In this document: one piece after another, positions 1 to 10,620 of the stretch
Layout: the number at the start of each line of letters is the position of its first letter
How positions within the stretch are numbered: position 1 is the first letter of the stretch
IMG/VR virus record: IMGVR_UViG_3300032053_013883
Span: 1,326-65,325 of that record
Reading direction: 5' to 3' (one strand)
Length of the DNA stretch: 64,000 nt
DNA from: a virus
Taxonomy: Duplodnaviria > Caudoviricetes
Translations under genes and position numbers: made by a program
Notes under the pieces: model-generated
The model's input: the letters and a program-made list of their open reading frames with translations, nothing else
The model's database searches: none
Told to the model about the DNA's origin: nothing

Positions 1-311
1 TCTGCTTTTTTATTTAGCTCTCTCATAATAGATGATAAGCTAAAATCAACAATATTAGTTAAATCAATAGCGGCATCTGATGCCTTTTTTTTTCTAAATT
101 TGAATCTATTTCTAAATCTAAAAAATTCAATTTGTTTTAATCTTTTCTCTGCATCTTCTTTAGAATGATATGTTCCAAAATTTCTTCCTTTTTTAGAGAC
201 AACACGATACTCACCAGAAGGCAACTTTTGAATAAAAGCTACTTTCTTTATTTCAGAACAAGCATCATAATATTGTTCTGCTTTAATAAGTAAGGTTTCA
301 GCATTAGTCAT
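1..311 (-). CDS. Hypothetical phage protein, partial (runs off window)
   Basis: Not in ORF track. ATG at 311 overlaps the upstream TGA (ATGA) and the frame is open to position 1: MTNAETLLIKAEQYYDACSEIKKVAFIQKLPSGEYRVVSKKGRNFGTY... Confidence 0.75.
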   Translation of the reverse strand, partial: MTNAETLLIKAEQYYDACSEIKKVAFIQKLPSGEYRVVSKKGRNFGTYHSKEDAEKRLKQIEFFRFRNRFKFRKKKASDAAIDLTNIVDFSLSSIMRELNKKA

Positions 312-697
312 TTTTCAAAAATATCTTTTATTGTTAAAGTTTCTTTGCTTCTAAAGAACATATCTTCTATAGTTCCTTTACCATCTACTTCATTAAGAGC
401 ACGAATTGCTCTTTCACTAATAAACATAAAATTGCCTAATTTTGGAGTTTTTCTATCTCCTTTTTCAATATAGGCGGCGCTAATTATTAAACATTCTTTA
501 TAGGCTCCCACCACTTTACCGCAAAAAACTGCTGGATATTGTTGAGAAGTTTGTTCAAATTTAACTTCTTCGTAGGCATCTCCAACATAAACTTCAATAA
601 ATTTACCTTTAAATAGTTCAGCAATAAATTCAGCAAAAGAGCGTCCCTCTTTTTTTGAGCCTGGAATTAAATCAAGAATTTCTTTTTCTGTAACCAT
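308..697 (-). CDS. Hypothetical protein
   Basis: 129 aa ORF tightly packed in the operon; no recognised motif. Confidence 0.7.
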   Translation of the reverse strand: MVTEKEILDLIPGSKKEGRSFAEFIAELFKGKFIEVYVGDAYEEVKFEQTSQQYPAVFCGKVVGAYKECLIISAAYIEKGDRKTPKLGNFMFISERAIRALNEVDGKGTIEDMFFRSKETLTIKDIFEK

Positions 698-707
698 TTA
701 GGGTTCC

Positions 708-1910
708 TCATATAAATTTTAGTAAAAACTTTTTGTAATTTTTCTCTACAGCTTCAACAGTGATCGGATGCAAATATGACTTTTTATTCACAAAAACTTC
801 CGTATCAATATAAATATTTCCAATTTTTTTAGTTGCAATTTTAAATAAATCTTCAACATGACCCATAGCATCACATATTGCTAAAGATAATAGTGGGTCA
901 TTTGATTGGCATTCTATTTCAATTATTTTATTATCTGTATTAATATTTAATTTTACATTTAACTCTTCTTCTAAAGCTAAACTTAAAATATTCGCATACT
1001 CACAAGCATCTTCAAAATGTTTTGAGCTAATTTTAATAGTTAAATAATTATCTAATTTGCCGGCAGTAGTCAATGACATTAATTCTTGAGAATCTTCATC
1101 TATTTCTTGTTGCGTATGCTGCGGCACAGATCGGTGAATTCCAAAATAATCATGTTTTTCTGGATCAATTTCAATAGATGTCTCTTCTTCTTTTGATTGT
1201 GGCATTTGTTCACCAGGACCTTGTTGTCTGATTTTTTGCAATTCTGCAGATGCTTTTTGATATGATCCATTTCTTTTATTTTGCTCCACTTGTTTAATCA
1301 TATCACCATATGTAATCGCTCCAGGAACACTTCTACTAAAAACTTTATTTGCTTTAAAAGCAGCAGATTCTGATGCCGCTCGAATCTTATAACCAACATT
1401 ATAATATTTCTTACTTAATAATTCATCTGGGTTTTTAGGATTTGGTATTGTTTCAGGATTTTCTTCAACAAAAACTGCATTAGAATCCCCCCTACGTATT
1501 CCTGGTAATTTCAAAGCTGCAGGATAAAATACAGATATATAAAATTGAGCCGCAGAAGTAAATGGTCCACCATTTGCCTGCATTCCGCCTTGAATAAATT
1601 TTTCAACTAAATCTAACTGCTGTTCGCCTGACATGTTTCTTAAATCTTCAGGAGTGCCTTGAAATTTCATACTTTTCAATGTACTAGGCATAAATTGAAT
1701 TAATCCAGATGCTCCACCATTAGGATTAAGAGCCCCAGGATTTAAACCAGATTCTGATGTCATAACCAATAAAATATCATCTGGGCTCATTCCAACCCTA
1801 TTTGACATTTCATTTAGTTTATTATAAAAATTTGATCCTAAATTAGCAGCTGGAGTTTTAGCCAAAGCCAAAACTTTTAAGATTAATTTTTCTCTATCTG
1901 CAAATGACAT
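708..1910 (-). CDS. Lytic transglycosylase (SLT/lysozyme-like) domain protein, probably virion-associated
   Basis: Catalytic ES motif (SESGLNPGA) and ASGLIQFMPST motif. Confidence 0.85.
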   Translation of the reverse strand: MSFADREKLILKVLALAKTPAANLGSNFYNKLNEMSNRVGMSPDDILLVMTSESGLNPGALNPNGGASGLIQFMPSTLKSMKFQGTPEDLRNMSGEQQLDLVEKFIQGGMQANGGPFTSAAQFYISVFYPAALKLPGIRRGDSNAVFVEENPETIPNPKNPDELLSKKYYNVGYKIRAASESAAFKANKVFSRSVPGAITYGDMIKQVEQNKRNGSYQKASAELQKIRQQGPGEQMPQSKEEETSIEIDPEKHDYFGIHRSVPQHTQQEIDEDSQELMSLTTAGKLDNYLTIKISSKHFEDACEYANILSLALEEELNVKLNINTDNKIIEIECQSNDPLLSLAICDAMGHVEDLFKIATKKIGNIYIDTEVFVNKKSYLHPITVEAVEKNYKKFLLKFI

Positions 1911-1912
1911 AT

Positions 1913-3280
1913 TTATCCTACAATATTATCAACTATAATTGTTAATTGATAAGCTAATTTAGGATTTGTTTTTTGAATTCTAGTAGCATATTTAGCAATA
2001 TGATTTGCTAAAACGACTGGGTTTTCATTGGATAATGTTTCTAATGATTCAATAAAATGTTTTGATGACATATTACCAAATCCAGGAAGACCTTCAGGTG
2101 GTCCAGGCTTTTTAGGTTCTTCTTGAACTGCTGGTACTAATGCAGGAGCCTCAACTAATGCTGGTGGCGCTTTTGTTTTTGGAGCAACAACGCGCTTTTC
2201 TACTTCTCTTTTTTTAACTATTGGCGCTGGCATTATTGGTGTTATTGATGTTATTGGCGCTTTTGGTTTTGGCAAATCTAAATCTGGAACTAATTTTACT
2301 TCTTCTTTAGCAATTTCATTAGTTGCTTCTGGATCAGTTGGTCTTTCATCACTTATTGTCCCGGCGGGTGCTAGTGATTTTCTAGGCGGCTGGTTTGATA
2401 AATCTAGTTCAATTGGCATATCTGAACCTCCACCCGCAGGCATTACACTAGATTTTGGTTGAGATACTGGCGCTTGTATTTTTGGAATATTTCTTTCATC
2501 AATAAACCCTTTAAAATGAGTATTATAAAATTTAGAAAAATTCGATGAAAATATTTGATATTGTTTTACAATCACATCTGCATTATATAAATATTCTGTA
2601 AGATTTCTTTTGGCACGAGCCGTTGCCATTGCTTTTAATCTTGTTAATGTTAATTTAAGTAAAACTTTAGCTTGCTCTAAAATTGCTTTTAATGCAATTT
2701 TTAATTCTTTAGTTTTGCCCGGAAATCTTTTTTGCCAATCTTTTAATGATTTTGCTCTTCCTAAAATTCCAGATAAAAATGAATGCAACGTTGATCCCCA
2801 AGTTGCATTTTTTATCATTTTTGTATTTACTGCTATAGCAGTTCTAGATTTCATATGTTCTAAATATTCTAATGTTTCAGGATCACTTTCTTCTTCAATA
2901 CCTTTCCATAAAAATTCTTTATGAGCTTCATTTATATTTTTATCAAATTCCATCAAAATAGGAATTGCTTTACCCATAACAGTATTAAATTTATCTAATT
3001 CAATAATACATTTTACATATTCAATTTCATTAAAATTAATATTAGCATGATCCATTATAGTTTTAATGCCTGGATTCTGAAATGCAAAAGATCCAGGATC
3101 CGCATCACCAACAGTTTCACCACTTAAAATTGCACGAACAGGATCATCAGTTTGATCTCTTAACTGATTCATAATTGATTCGAATTCGGGATTAATAAAT
3201 TTTTCTAAAGATCTACCCCATAAATTACCTGTTTCGTGAATTTTATTAAGAAGTCCTCTTCTTTGAGCAAATTTATCCAT
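1913..3280 (-). CDS. Hypothetical protein, putative internal virion protein
   Basis: 455 aa, helical N-terminus, Pro-rich C-terminal half, SD GAGG, lies in the head module. Confidence 0.6.
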   Translation of the reverse strand: MDKFAQRRGLLNKIHETGNLWGRSLEKFINPEFESIMNQLRDQTDDPVRAILSGETVGDADPGSFAFQNPGIKTIMDHANINFNEIEYVKCIIELDKFNTVMGKAIPILMEFDKNINEAHKEFLWKGIEEESDPETLEYLEHMKSRTAIAVNTKMIKNATWGSTLHSFLSGILGRAKSLKDWQKRFPGKTKELKIALKAILEQAKVLLKLTLTRLKAMATARAKRNLTEYLYNADVIVKQYQIFSSNFSKFYNTHFKGFIDERNIPKIQAPVSQPKSSVMPAGGGSDMPIELDLSNQPPRKSLAPAGTISDERPTDPEATNEIAKEEVKLVPDLDLPKPKAPITSITPIMPAPIVKKREVEKRVVAPKTKAPPALVEAPALVPAVQEEPKKPGPPEGLPGFGNMSSKHFIESLETLSNENPVVLANHIAKYATRIQKTNPKLAYQLTIIVDNIVG

Positions 3281-3352
3281 AATTATCCTCTATGATCTAT
3301 ATAATAGCAAAATAATACAAAATTATACACTAAATTATTTAAGGATTTTTAA

Positions 3353-6300
3353 TTATGGCGCTGGAGGTAATCCACCTGGACCTGGTGGGGCTCCACCAGG
3401 AGGCTCTCCTCCACCTGGAGGTGGTCCACCTAATCCTGGCATTCCTGGTAATGGAGATTCTCCTGGCAATGGTTCAGCACCAGGAAGTCCGCCACCAGCA
3501 CCAGCTTCTGTTTGTGGTTCTGGGATTTCATCATCTTCGCCTAATGCACGTAAACTATTAAGATCCATTGTTGTTAATGAAACTTTTTCTTTATCAGAAA
3601 TCGCTTTTTGAATGGCTTCTTTGCGCATTTTACGCGTTTCATCTTGCCACTCTAATCCCATTGATCTATATAATGTATGTAAAGATGCTCTTTTAGAATT
3701 TTCATCGCCTTGAGTTAAAGTAACTAAATTATTAATATAGTCACCCGCATCAAATAATGACATATGATTCCAATCAACATCTGGAACAATTAATTGTTTC
3801 TCTCCTCCAGCATAATCATAAAATCCTTGAATCTTAGAAATTGGAGCAAAAATCTTTCTTTTAAGCCAAGAAGATAACATATTTCTAAATTGCATATAAC
3901 GTTGTCTTAATACATCAAGCGCAACTCCACCATTAGCATAAGTTGTGTCCGCGCCGCCGTCCATAAGAACAGATGGAACCATTAATCCAACATAAATTTC
4001 TTTAATTAATTGTGTAATATCTCCAGATATATCATAAATTCCTTGTCCATATCCAACTCTTTCAACAGTAACTCCTGGATGAGTAAAAATCTTAAAGTCT
4101 TTATCGTATTGAGCACTATTACCTTGAATTGTAATTTTGCCATTTCTTCTAGTAATAAATAATCCTGTTGGAACAGTAAGGCACCAAATTTTACCATTAT
4201 ATTTTTCAATATTTAATAAATTATTTTTTACTTTAGTTTTACTATTTCTTGAGGTTTTATATACGATAGGATTATTGCCGTTAGTAGTTTCGGACCACAA
4301 TAAAGTATATAATGGCAATCTTTTATGATCACCTCTATTTATATATTTTTCATCATCTCTAACAAATTGAGTTGGAACATATCCGCATTTATAAGCAATT
4401 TCATAAACATTATCAGCTAATTGTTTAGACGTAGTATAATAAGCAAATCTATTACTATTTTGTTTTGGATTTTTATATGTAGAGCCGTCTCCAGCAACTA
4501 ATGCATTTAATAATATTTTTAATAGTCTTGGAGAAAGATTTAAAATATCTCTAGAAATTTGTTTAAATGGAGCTTTTACATTACCATTTAAATCTCCAAT
4601 ATTTTCTTTAAAATGCAAATACAAATCTTTTCCACTAATAACACCATTCCAAATATCTGAATGATTTGGATTAATATGTTTTCTTTTATTTATTGTATTT
4701 GAATATGTTTTATCTAAATGTGACATGAAATTTTCAATACACAAAGACATATCTTTTTGATATTTATCAAAACTTTGAGTTATTCCTGTTGTATATTGGC
4801 TTTTATTATTTGTATATAAACAACCTTCACTTAATAAATACCCTAAAAATTCTAAATATGTTTCAACTGGAACGTTTTTGCCACAAACATTTATATATTT
4901 AACATCATCATTGCCTTCATAATTTATTTTTGATTGGAAACGCTTATAATCAGTTAATTTTAAATCTTTTGCTTTTATCTTTTTGTATGCGCCCCAACTA
5001 GATTTTCTTAAACTTCTATTCCCATTATATTCATATTCTTTTTCAGACACCCATAAATCATGATTTGGTGTCACTTTCATGTCTATTTTATCATTTTTAT
5101 AATGATACATATCACCAGAATAATCATATAAATGAGCCTTAATGGCTTGATGATATTCTAATTTATTATTTTCTTGATTTAAACATGCTATTTTAATATT
5201 TTTATTAATTTTTGCATTTAATTTTTGTCCTAATGGATTTTTTAATAATACATCATCAGACGTCTCCATTACATCAGAATATTTTTTAAATCCTTGATTT
5301 GTAAGCACTTCTGTAATATCATCATGACACTCAAATACTTCTCTCCAAGCTTCTAAATCTGGATGAGTTGGATGCAATCCATCTACGCCTTCAGACCCAA
5401 TTTTAATAAGTGTAAGAGGATTAATCATATTATCTGCTTGCGCAAACTTAGATTCCCTCAATTTGTCGAACAACATTAATTGACGAAAAATACAAACAGG
5501 TAAACCAGTGCCTCTAATTTCATAAGGGCTAATTCTTCTAGCTAAATGAGATACGTGAAAATTATTAAGTGGGATATTATCGCCACGTTTAACTGAATCA
5601 ATAATATGTTGATTTAATTGTTTTCTTTGTTCTATATCTGATGGTCTATTTGATCTGACAACTGTTTTTAAATTCTCATCAGGTTTTAACATAATGATTG
5701 GCTCACTAGCAACCACTGTTCTTTTAACAACCATATAATCTGGATTTTGAATTAATAATCTGCTCCACTTTCCTTTACTCTGATCTAATTCTGCATATAC
5801 AAATGATTCTCCTAATAACCAATATTCTTGAGCAATTTGAACACAAATATTCATTAAATCAATTTCTTCAATCATATCGTTGAAGAATTTTTCAATATCT
5901 TTATTTGGACATTTAATATTTAATTTGCTTATAGGATAAGTTGAATGTAAACTAATAGCATTATGAACAAATGGATTAAGTGCAAAAAAACTTCTACACC
6001 AAGCATTAATGGTTGCCCTATCTCTTGGTAAACTTAAATTGCTATTTAACCATAATGGAGAATATACTTCTGGGGTTTGTTTTGCGGTATCTCCTGGACC
6101 CCTAAAATTAAAAGACCCGCCGCCGCCGCCGCCGCCACCACTAATTACTTGAGAATGTTTTTTAAATCCGACAGAAGATGTTACTACGGAATTGGTGGTT
6201 AATCCTTCGTTTTTAATAGTTGGACCAGAACCATCTTTATAAATGCCTGCGTTTACTTCATCTGAGAGTACATTTTTTCTATATTCAGAAACATTTTGAA

Positions 6301-6400
6301 CCATCAATGCGCTTACTGATGGTGCAGCGTTCCTTTTATCTAAATATGTTTCTGATTTAGCTGGACCCTCCCATATTTTTGAAGTTTTATTAATAGACAT
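3353..6400 (-). CDS. Portal protein containing an intein
   Basis: Directly follows the terminase; portal-like features (F..NP.VHNAI, HLARRISPYEIRG, Pro/Gly-rich tail); interrupted by a 404-aa intein. Confidence 0.8.
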   Translation of the reverse strand: MSINKTSKIWEGPAKSETYLDKRNAAPSVSALMVQNVSEYRKNVLSDEVNAGIYKDGSGPTIKNEGLTTNSVVTSSVGFKKHSQVISGGGGGGGGSFNFRGPGDTAKQTPEVYSPLWLNSNLSLPRDRATINAWCRSFFALNPFVHNAISLHSTYPISKLNIKCPNKDIEKFFNDMIEEIDLMNICVQIAQEYWLLGESFVYAELDQSKGKWSRLLIQNPDYMVVKRTVVASEPIIMLKPDENLKTVVRSNRPSDIEQRKQLNQHIIDSVKRGDNIPLNNFHVSHLARRISPYEIRGTGLPVCIFRQLMLFDKLRESKFAQADNMINPLTLIKIGSEGVDGLHPTHPDLEAWREVFECHDDITEVLTNQGFKKYSDVMETSDDVLLKNPLGQKLNAKINKNIKIACLNQENNKLEYHQAIKAHLYDYSGDMYHYKNDKIDMKVTPNHDLWVSEKEYEYNGNRSLRKSSWGAYKKIKAKDLKLTDYKRFQSKINYEGNDDVKYINVCGKNVPVETYLEFLGYLLSEGCLYTNNKSQYTTGITQSFDKYQKDMSLCIENFMSHLDKTYSNTINKRKHINPNHSDIWNGVISGKDLYLHFKENIGDLNGNVKAPFKQISRDILNLSPRLLKILLNALVAGDGSTYKNPKQNSNRFAYYTTSKQLADNVYEIAYKCGYVPTQFVRDDEKYINRGDHKRLPLYTLLWSETTNGNNPIVYKTSRNSKTKVKNNLLNIEKYNGKIWCLTVPTGLFITRRNGKITIQGNSAQYDKDFKIFTHPGVTVERVGYGQGIYDISGDITQLIKEIYVGLMVPSVLMDGGADTTYANGGVALDVLRQRYMQFRNMLSSWLKRKIFAPISKIQGFYDYAGGEKQLIVPDVDWNHMSLFDAGDYINNLVTLTQGDENSKRASLHTLYRSMGLEWQDETRKMRKEAIQKAISDKEKVSLTTMDLNSLRALGEDDEIPEPQTEAGAGGGLPGAEPLPGESPLPGMPGLGGPPPGGGEPPGGAPPGPGGLPPAP
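4118..5329 (-). mobile_element. Intein with LAGLIDADG homing endonuclease
   Basis: Begins CHDDITEVLT, block B VTPNH, LAGLIDADG-like FLGYLLSEG and LLNALVAGDG, ends IWCLTVPTG...ITIQGN followed by +1 Ser. Confidence 0.92.
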
Positions 6401-6451
6401 TTATCCTCATTTATAATACCTATTAAATAATATATCAATGAAAACAAGATT

Positions 6452-8317
6452 TTAAAATTTCCTTGCAATATATCCAGTAACAGCAAGCGGCTTATTTTTA
6501 TTATTTAAAGTTTGATTTTGAGTATTTGGATTATTACTAACAAACCCCTTTGTTATTATAAATTTATAAGCTATATATGCGTTAAGTAGGGCACAAAATC
6601 CATCATTAGGAGTTGATCCTTTAACATAATGAATTGATGGGTCGCCACCTCTAGAAATTGATGGTTTTATTTCCATACTACTACAATGATTAACAAGCCA
6701 ACCTATTTTTTCATAATCTCCATATGGAAATCTAATATTTCCATTTTTCATTAATTCATATAATTCGCCAATATAATAATCTCTTTCAAATACAATTTCT
6801 TTTGGAAATGCATCAGCAGAAAATTTTGTATGACCATTTACTTTACTATTTGCTCTTGAAACCATATAACGATCTCCATGAGCAGTATGCATCAATGCAG
6901 AGAAATCATTAGAATATCCAATATCTCCAATTGCTAAATTAACACTATATTGTCTCAATACTTGATCAATCAATGCCTTTTTGCTATCAATATCATTTCT
7001 TTTAAATTTTGTCGCAAATTCAATTGATAATAATTTAGGACCTAATACTGCTAATACAACTGCGGTACTATATGACTGTCCAGCAGTTTTAGCCCTATCT
7101 AAATTTGCTAATTGTTCTAAATCTGCTCTAGCACCATAATCTATTCCCATAACAACAATAGGAAATTGATTTGGATCTATTTTTGCTCTAAATTTTCTTC
7201 CGCGATCAGCACATTTTTCCATAATTTCTTCTGGAGTAATTGGGCTAGATTCACCTTGATAAAATTCACCTAAAACTTCATTTTGATAAACTCTTTCAGT
7301 ATTAATTGGATGTACCCCGGCTTTTTCTTTAATAATATCTTCTTTTTGAAATTTAGGCATATACAATTGATTAATATGAAATCCAATCATATGACAATCT
7401 GGATCTTCTGGATTTTTTAAACCAACCCACTTACCTCTTTCGGCGGCTTGTCTTTTATCTTGTTCAAACCCACAATGAGTACATTTTACAATGTATCCAT
7501 AAAGCCAAATTTTTTCCCATTCATCACTACCTGGAGTATAAAGAGGAAAATGCTTTTCGCATTTTTCACAGCCTAAATAAAAATATTGTTGAGAAGACGA
7601 TGCCCACATTTTATGAAACCCGGAACTTTTTCCTCTTGGAGTTCCAAAATAAACTTGAACGCCTTGGCTTATTTTTCCATATTTTGCTGTTGTTAAAATT
7701 TTTAATACATTACCAATTGCATCTTCATTTGTATCTTGAACTTCATCCATAAATAAAATATCTCCGGTACGACCTCTAAGCCTATCTCCATTTATACCAG
7801 TAGATTCTATCCACAAATGATTACCGCCAACAAATTGTTTAAAGTGCAATGAATCATTTGTATCACTTGTTTGATCTAATAATGATTGCATATAAGATTT
7901 ATTTTTTGATTTGTTTGCATTTTCATCTTTACGAAGAGATGAAGCAATCATTGGATTTAATTTACTTTTAGAATAAGCTGCAGCAAGTTCTAATTGGGGG
8001 AATGTATGAATTATTCTAGCTGGTGATTTATCTTTATTTCCAAATAAACCGCTACCCATAAAATACATTTCAAGAGCCGCTGCCATTGTAGTTCCACCAA
8101 CCTGACGACCTTTAACTAAAATAACTGGCTTTGCATCTGGCTCTAAAGCCTTAATTCCAATATAACGATAAATATCGCTAAAAGGCTTGTACCCATTATT
8201 ATGTAATCTAAATGGTTCACCATCTAAAGTTAAATAATTCTCTACGAACGCCACTGGATCTATATTTAATAATGATTTTTTTAAATCTGAAAATAACTTA
8301 TCGTCTGAACTTATCAT
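6452..8317 (-). CDS. terL: Terminase large subunit (GpA-like)
   Basis: KGRQVGGT Walker A, LRG..GDILFMDE Walker B, two CxxC pairs, GFHINQL, C-terminal nuclease GIDYG...PNDG. Confidence 0.9.
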   Translation of the reverse strand: MISSDDKLFSDLKKSLLNIDPVAFVENYLTLDGEPFRLHNNGYKPFSDIYRYIGIKALEPDAKPVILVKGRQVGGTTMAAALEMYFMGSGLFGNKDKSPARIIHTFPQLELAAAYSKSKLNPMIASSLRKDENANKSKNKSYMQSLLDQTSDTNDSLHFKQFVGGNHLWIESTGINGDRLRGRTGDILFMDEVQDTNEDAIGNVLKILTTAKYGKISQGVQVYFGTPRGKSSGFHKMWASSSQQYFYLGCEKCEKHFPLYTPGSDEWEKIWLYGYIVKCTHCGFEQDKRQAAERGKWVGLKNPEDPDCHMIGFHINQLYMPKFQKEDIIKEKAGVHPINTERVYQNEVLGEFYQGESSPITPEEIMEKCADRGRKFRAKIDPNQFPIVVMGIDYGARADLEQLANLDRAKTAGQSYSTAVVLAVLGPKLLSIEFATKFKRNDIDSKKALIDQVLRQYSVNLAIGDIGYSNDFSALMHTAHGDRYMVSRANSKVNGHTKFSADAFPKEIVFERDYYIGELYELMKNGNIRFPYGDYEKIGWLVNHCSSMEIKPSISRGGDPSIHYVKGSTPNDGFCALLNAYIAYKFIITKGFVSNNPNTQNQTLNNKNKPLAVTGYIARKF

Positions 8318-8340
8318 TTAATTCTTTCTATTATTCTTTA

Positions 8341-8985
8341 TTATATTTTAGCTGGTTGTAATATGTTAAAAGCATCAGAATTTGATGGATCAATGTCTGT
8401 ATTATTACTATCATCAGCTAATCCTAAACTACTATAGTCTTTATTTGTAGGATGTTTTTGTCTTTCTGAAACATTCACTTGACTTATGAATTTTAATAAA
8501 TTACTATCTTCCCAATCTGCATCCTGAACGTCTTCTTTATGAATGCTTTTAATATGCTCTAAAATAGCAGGAAGAGCCAAATTACCATTAGTACTTCTAA
8601 TGTAATTTTCTATTGTTGTTTTAATTGATGGGCATTTTTTAATTGCAGAAGGAATAATAACTTTATCTATATTGCCTGGAACTTTTTTATCAAAAGTATC
8701 ATTTACATCTTGCGCTACTTTTTTATTTGATAGAGATTCGGCTTTTGATAAATATGCGGCTAAACCACTGCGCTCTTTCATTTCTTTAACGGCATCATCT
8801 ACAGATGAATATTTTGACTTTGCCCCATTCATTATAGAAGATATTTGATCAAATAGTGATTGGTCAACATTGCGAGATTGAACTGATTCTTTTTTTAAAG
8901 ATTTTTCAAATTGCTTAAGCCAATGATCTTCTTCGATATTGGAATCAGAATTTCTTGATATAGTTAAGTTTCTAGATCTAGACAT
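8341..8985 (-). CDS. Hypothetical protein, putative head-associated
   Basis: 214 aa ORF in the packaging operon. Confidence 0.65.
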   Translation of the reverse strand: MSRSRNLTISRNSDSNIEEDHWLKQFEKSLKKESVQSRNVDQSLFDQISSIMNGAKSKYSSVDDAVKEMKERSGLAAYLSKAESLSNKKVAQDVNDTFDKKVPGNIDKVIIPSAIKKCPSIKTTIENYIRSTNGNLALPAILEHIKSIHKEDVQDADWEDSNLLKFISQVNVSERQKHPTNKDYSSLGLADDSNNTDIDPSNSDAFNILQPAKI

Positions 8986-8987
8986 TA

Positions 8988-9965
8988 TTACCCCTTATAA
9001 TTTGTCGCCCAGTCAAAGCCATCTGAAGATGAAGTATTTACATCTTCATCGGGCAAATATCCACGATCTTGACGAAGAGGATATCCCATATCTGAAAGTA
9101 ATTGCATTACCATTGCTTGTTCACGATCATTTAGTTTATATTTTTTAACTTGTGAAGCATAAATTTTTTCAATATCATGACCCGCAGAAACCATTCCATT
9201 AATACAAAGCCTTGCAATTCTAGAGGTTAATAAATCAACTGAAACATAAATACCTTTAACGCCTGTTATTTTTTGAGCCTCTTTAATTAATCCAGAATCA
9301 TCTTCATCGTCTGCTTTTTTCTTTCTTTTCTTTTTTGTATTTTCTTTAATTTTATCAAGACGATCACTTAATTTACTAATACCATCTTCAATTTTAACTC
9401 TAACTTCTTCAATTTTATTTGAATCTAATTCACCATCAACATCTAATCTCATTGCTTTTGAAATTTCCGAATCTAATCTTTCTAAATAAGCACAAGCCCT
9501 TTCTAGCCCTGCAGAATCATATCCAGAATGTTTTGGAACTGCTTGGAAACGTTCTTGTACCCAAGTTAAAAATCCGGTTGGTCCTTTTGATGCCCAATCC
9601 CATTTTTCATTTTTTTTACCTTTACCCTTAGCATCATTATTGTCATCAGCATCTTTAGAATGTTCTTCTTCTGTAGATACATCATGAACTTCAATAATTG
9701 GTTCTGCCGGCTCCTTTACAGCCTCTTCTGGCGCTCCAGGAATTGGTGATAGAAAATCAATCTTAACATCAATAATTTGAGGCTCTGAATCACTAACAAT
9801 AATATCTGATCCTTCTGAACCATGTTCATGTTCATGTTCATGTTCTTCATGTTCATGATGACCATGTTCTTCAGGCATTTCAAACTGAATCACGGCGCCT
9901 TCTGGCATCATAATTGCGTTGTTATCCATTACTTCTAATACTTGTGCAGTAGCTTCTAATGACAT
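8988..9965 (-). CDS. Hypothetical acidic protein with His/Glu tract
   Basis: 325 aa; HGHHEHEEHEHEHEHG tract; coiled coil. Confidence 0.65.
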   Translation of the reverse strand: MSLEATAQVLEVMDNNAIMMPEGAVIQFEMPEEHGHHEHEEHEHEHEHGSEGSDIIVSDSEPQIIDVKIDFLSPIPGAPEEAVKEPAEPIIEVHDVSTEEEHSKDADDNNDAKGKGKKNEKWDWASKGPTGFLTWVQERFQAVPKHSGYDSAGLERACAYLERLDSEISKAMRLDVDGELDSNKIEEVRVKIEDGISKLSDRLDKIKENTKKKRKKKADDEDDSGLIKEAQKITGVKGIYVSVDLLTSRIARLCINGMVSAGHDIEKIYASQVKKYKLNDREQAMVMQLLSDMGYPLRQDRGYLPDEDVNTSSSDGFDWATNYKG

Positions 9966-10023
9966 TTAAGTACCCCTAAAATTTATATTGAATATGCATT
10001 ATTATGTAGTAATAATCACTGGT

Positions 10024-10620
10024 TTAAAACCAAACACTATCATAAATATTTCTTCCTTCATTTGAAGTTCCAAAATATTTATTTGTTCTATTGCGATTAT
10101 TATCTTGATCTTCTATTGGTTTTTGACCGTCTGGCAATCCCATAATTGGAGATTCTCCAGGCTGTAAAGCCATTTGATTTATAGCTGCAGGTGCTTTTTT
10201 CATAACTAATTCATCTGAATCAGGAGACATAAGATCTTCTCCAACTGGAATTTCTGAAGTTTCCGGGTTTCTTTTATCATAAAAATCTGATCTACCGCCA
10301 AATCCAGCATATGGAGTTCCATCTACATTTTCACCAGCAGAGCCTGGAGGAATTCCGGTAATAGAATCATCAATTGGAAAATCTATTGAATTATTATCTA
10401 TTGCATTTTTTAAAATTACAGATAATAAGGCTAATTTTCTTTTCTTCATAAGTTTCTTTTTCTTTTTCCTGAAATCAGAAACGCTTTTATATTTATCCAT
10501 ATTTTGATAAAACCCAGAACCTGGTCCTTGTTTAGGTGGACCATTTACGCCTTCTGTTTCATAAAGGTCATAATTTTTAAAAAATAACCCTCTTGATTGA
10601 ACATGATCTGATTTTTTCAT
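10024..10620 (-). CDS. Hypothetical protein
   Basis: 198 aa; ATGA overlap with upstream gene. Confidence 0.65.
   Translation of the reverse strand: MKKSDHVQSRGLFFKNYDLYETEGVNGPPKQGPGSGFYQNMDKYKSVSDFRKKKKKLMKKRKLALLSVILKNAIDNNSIDFPIDDSITGIPPGSAGENVDGTPYAGFGGRSDFYDKRNPETSEIPVGEDLMSPDSDELVMKKAPAAINQMALQPGESPIMGLPDGQKPIEDQDNNRNRTNKYFGTSNEGRNIYDSVWF

Noticed and set aside
9820-9870. catgtt hexamer repeats (also the gcc run near 6118-6140 and Pro-codon tracts near 12180-12420)
   Set aside because: Explained by low-complexity His/Glu, Gly and Pro protein tracts.
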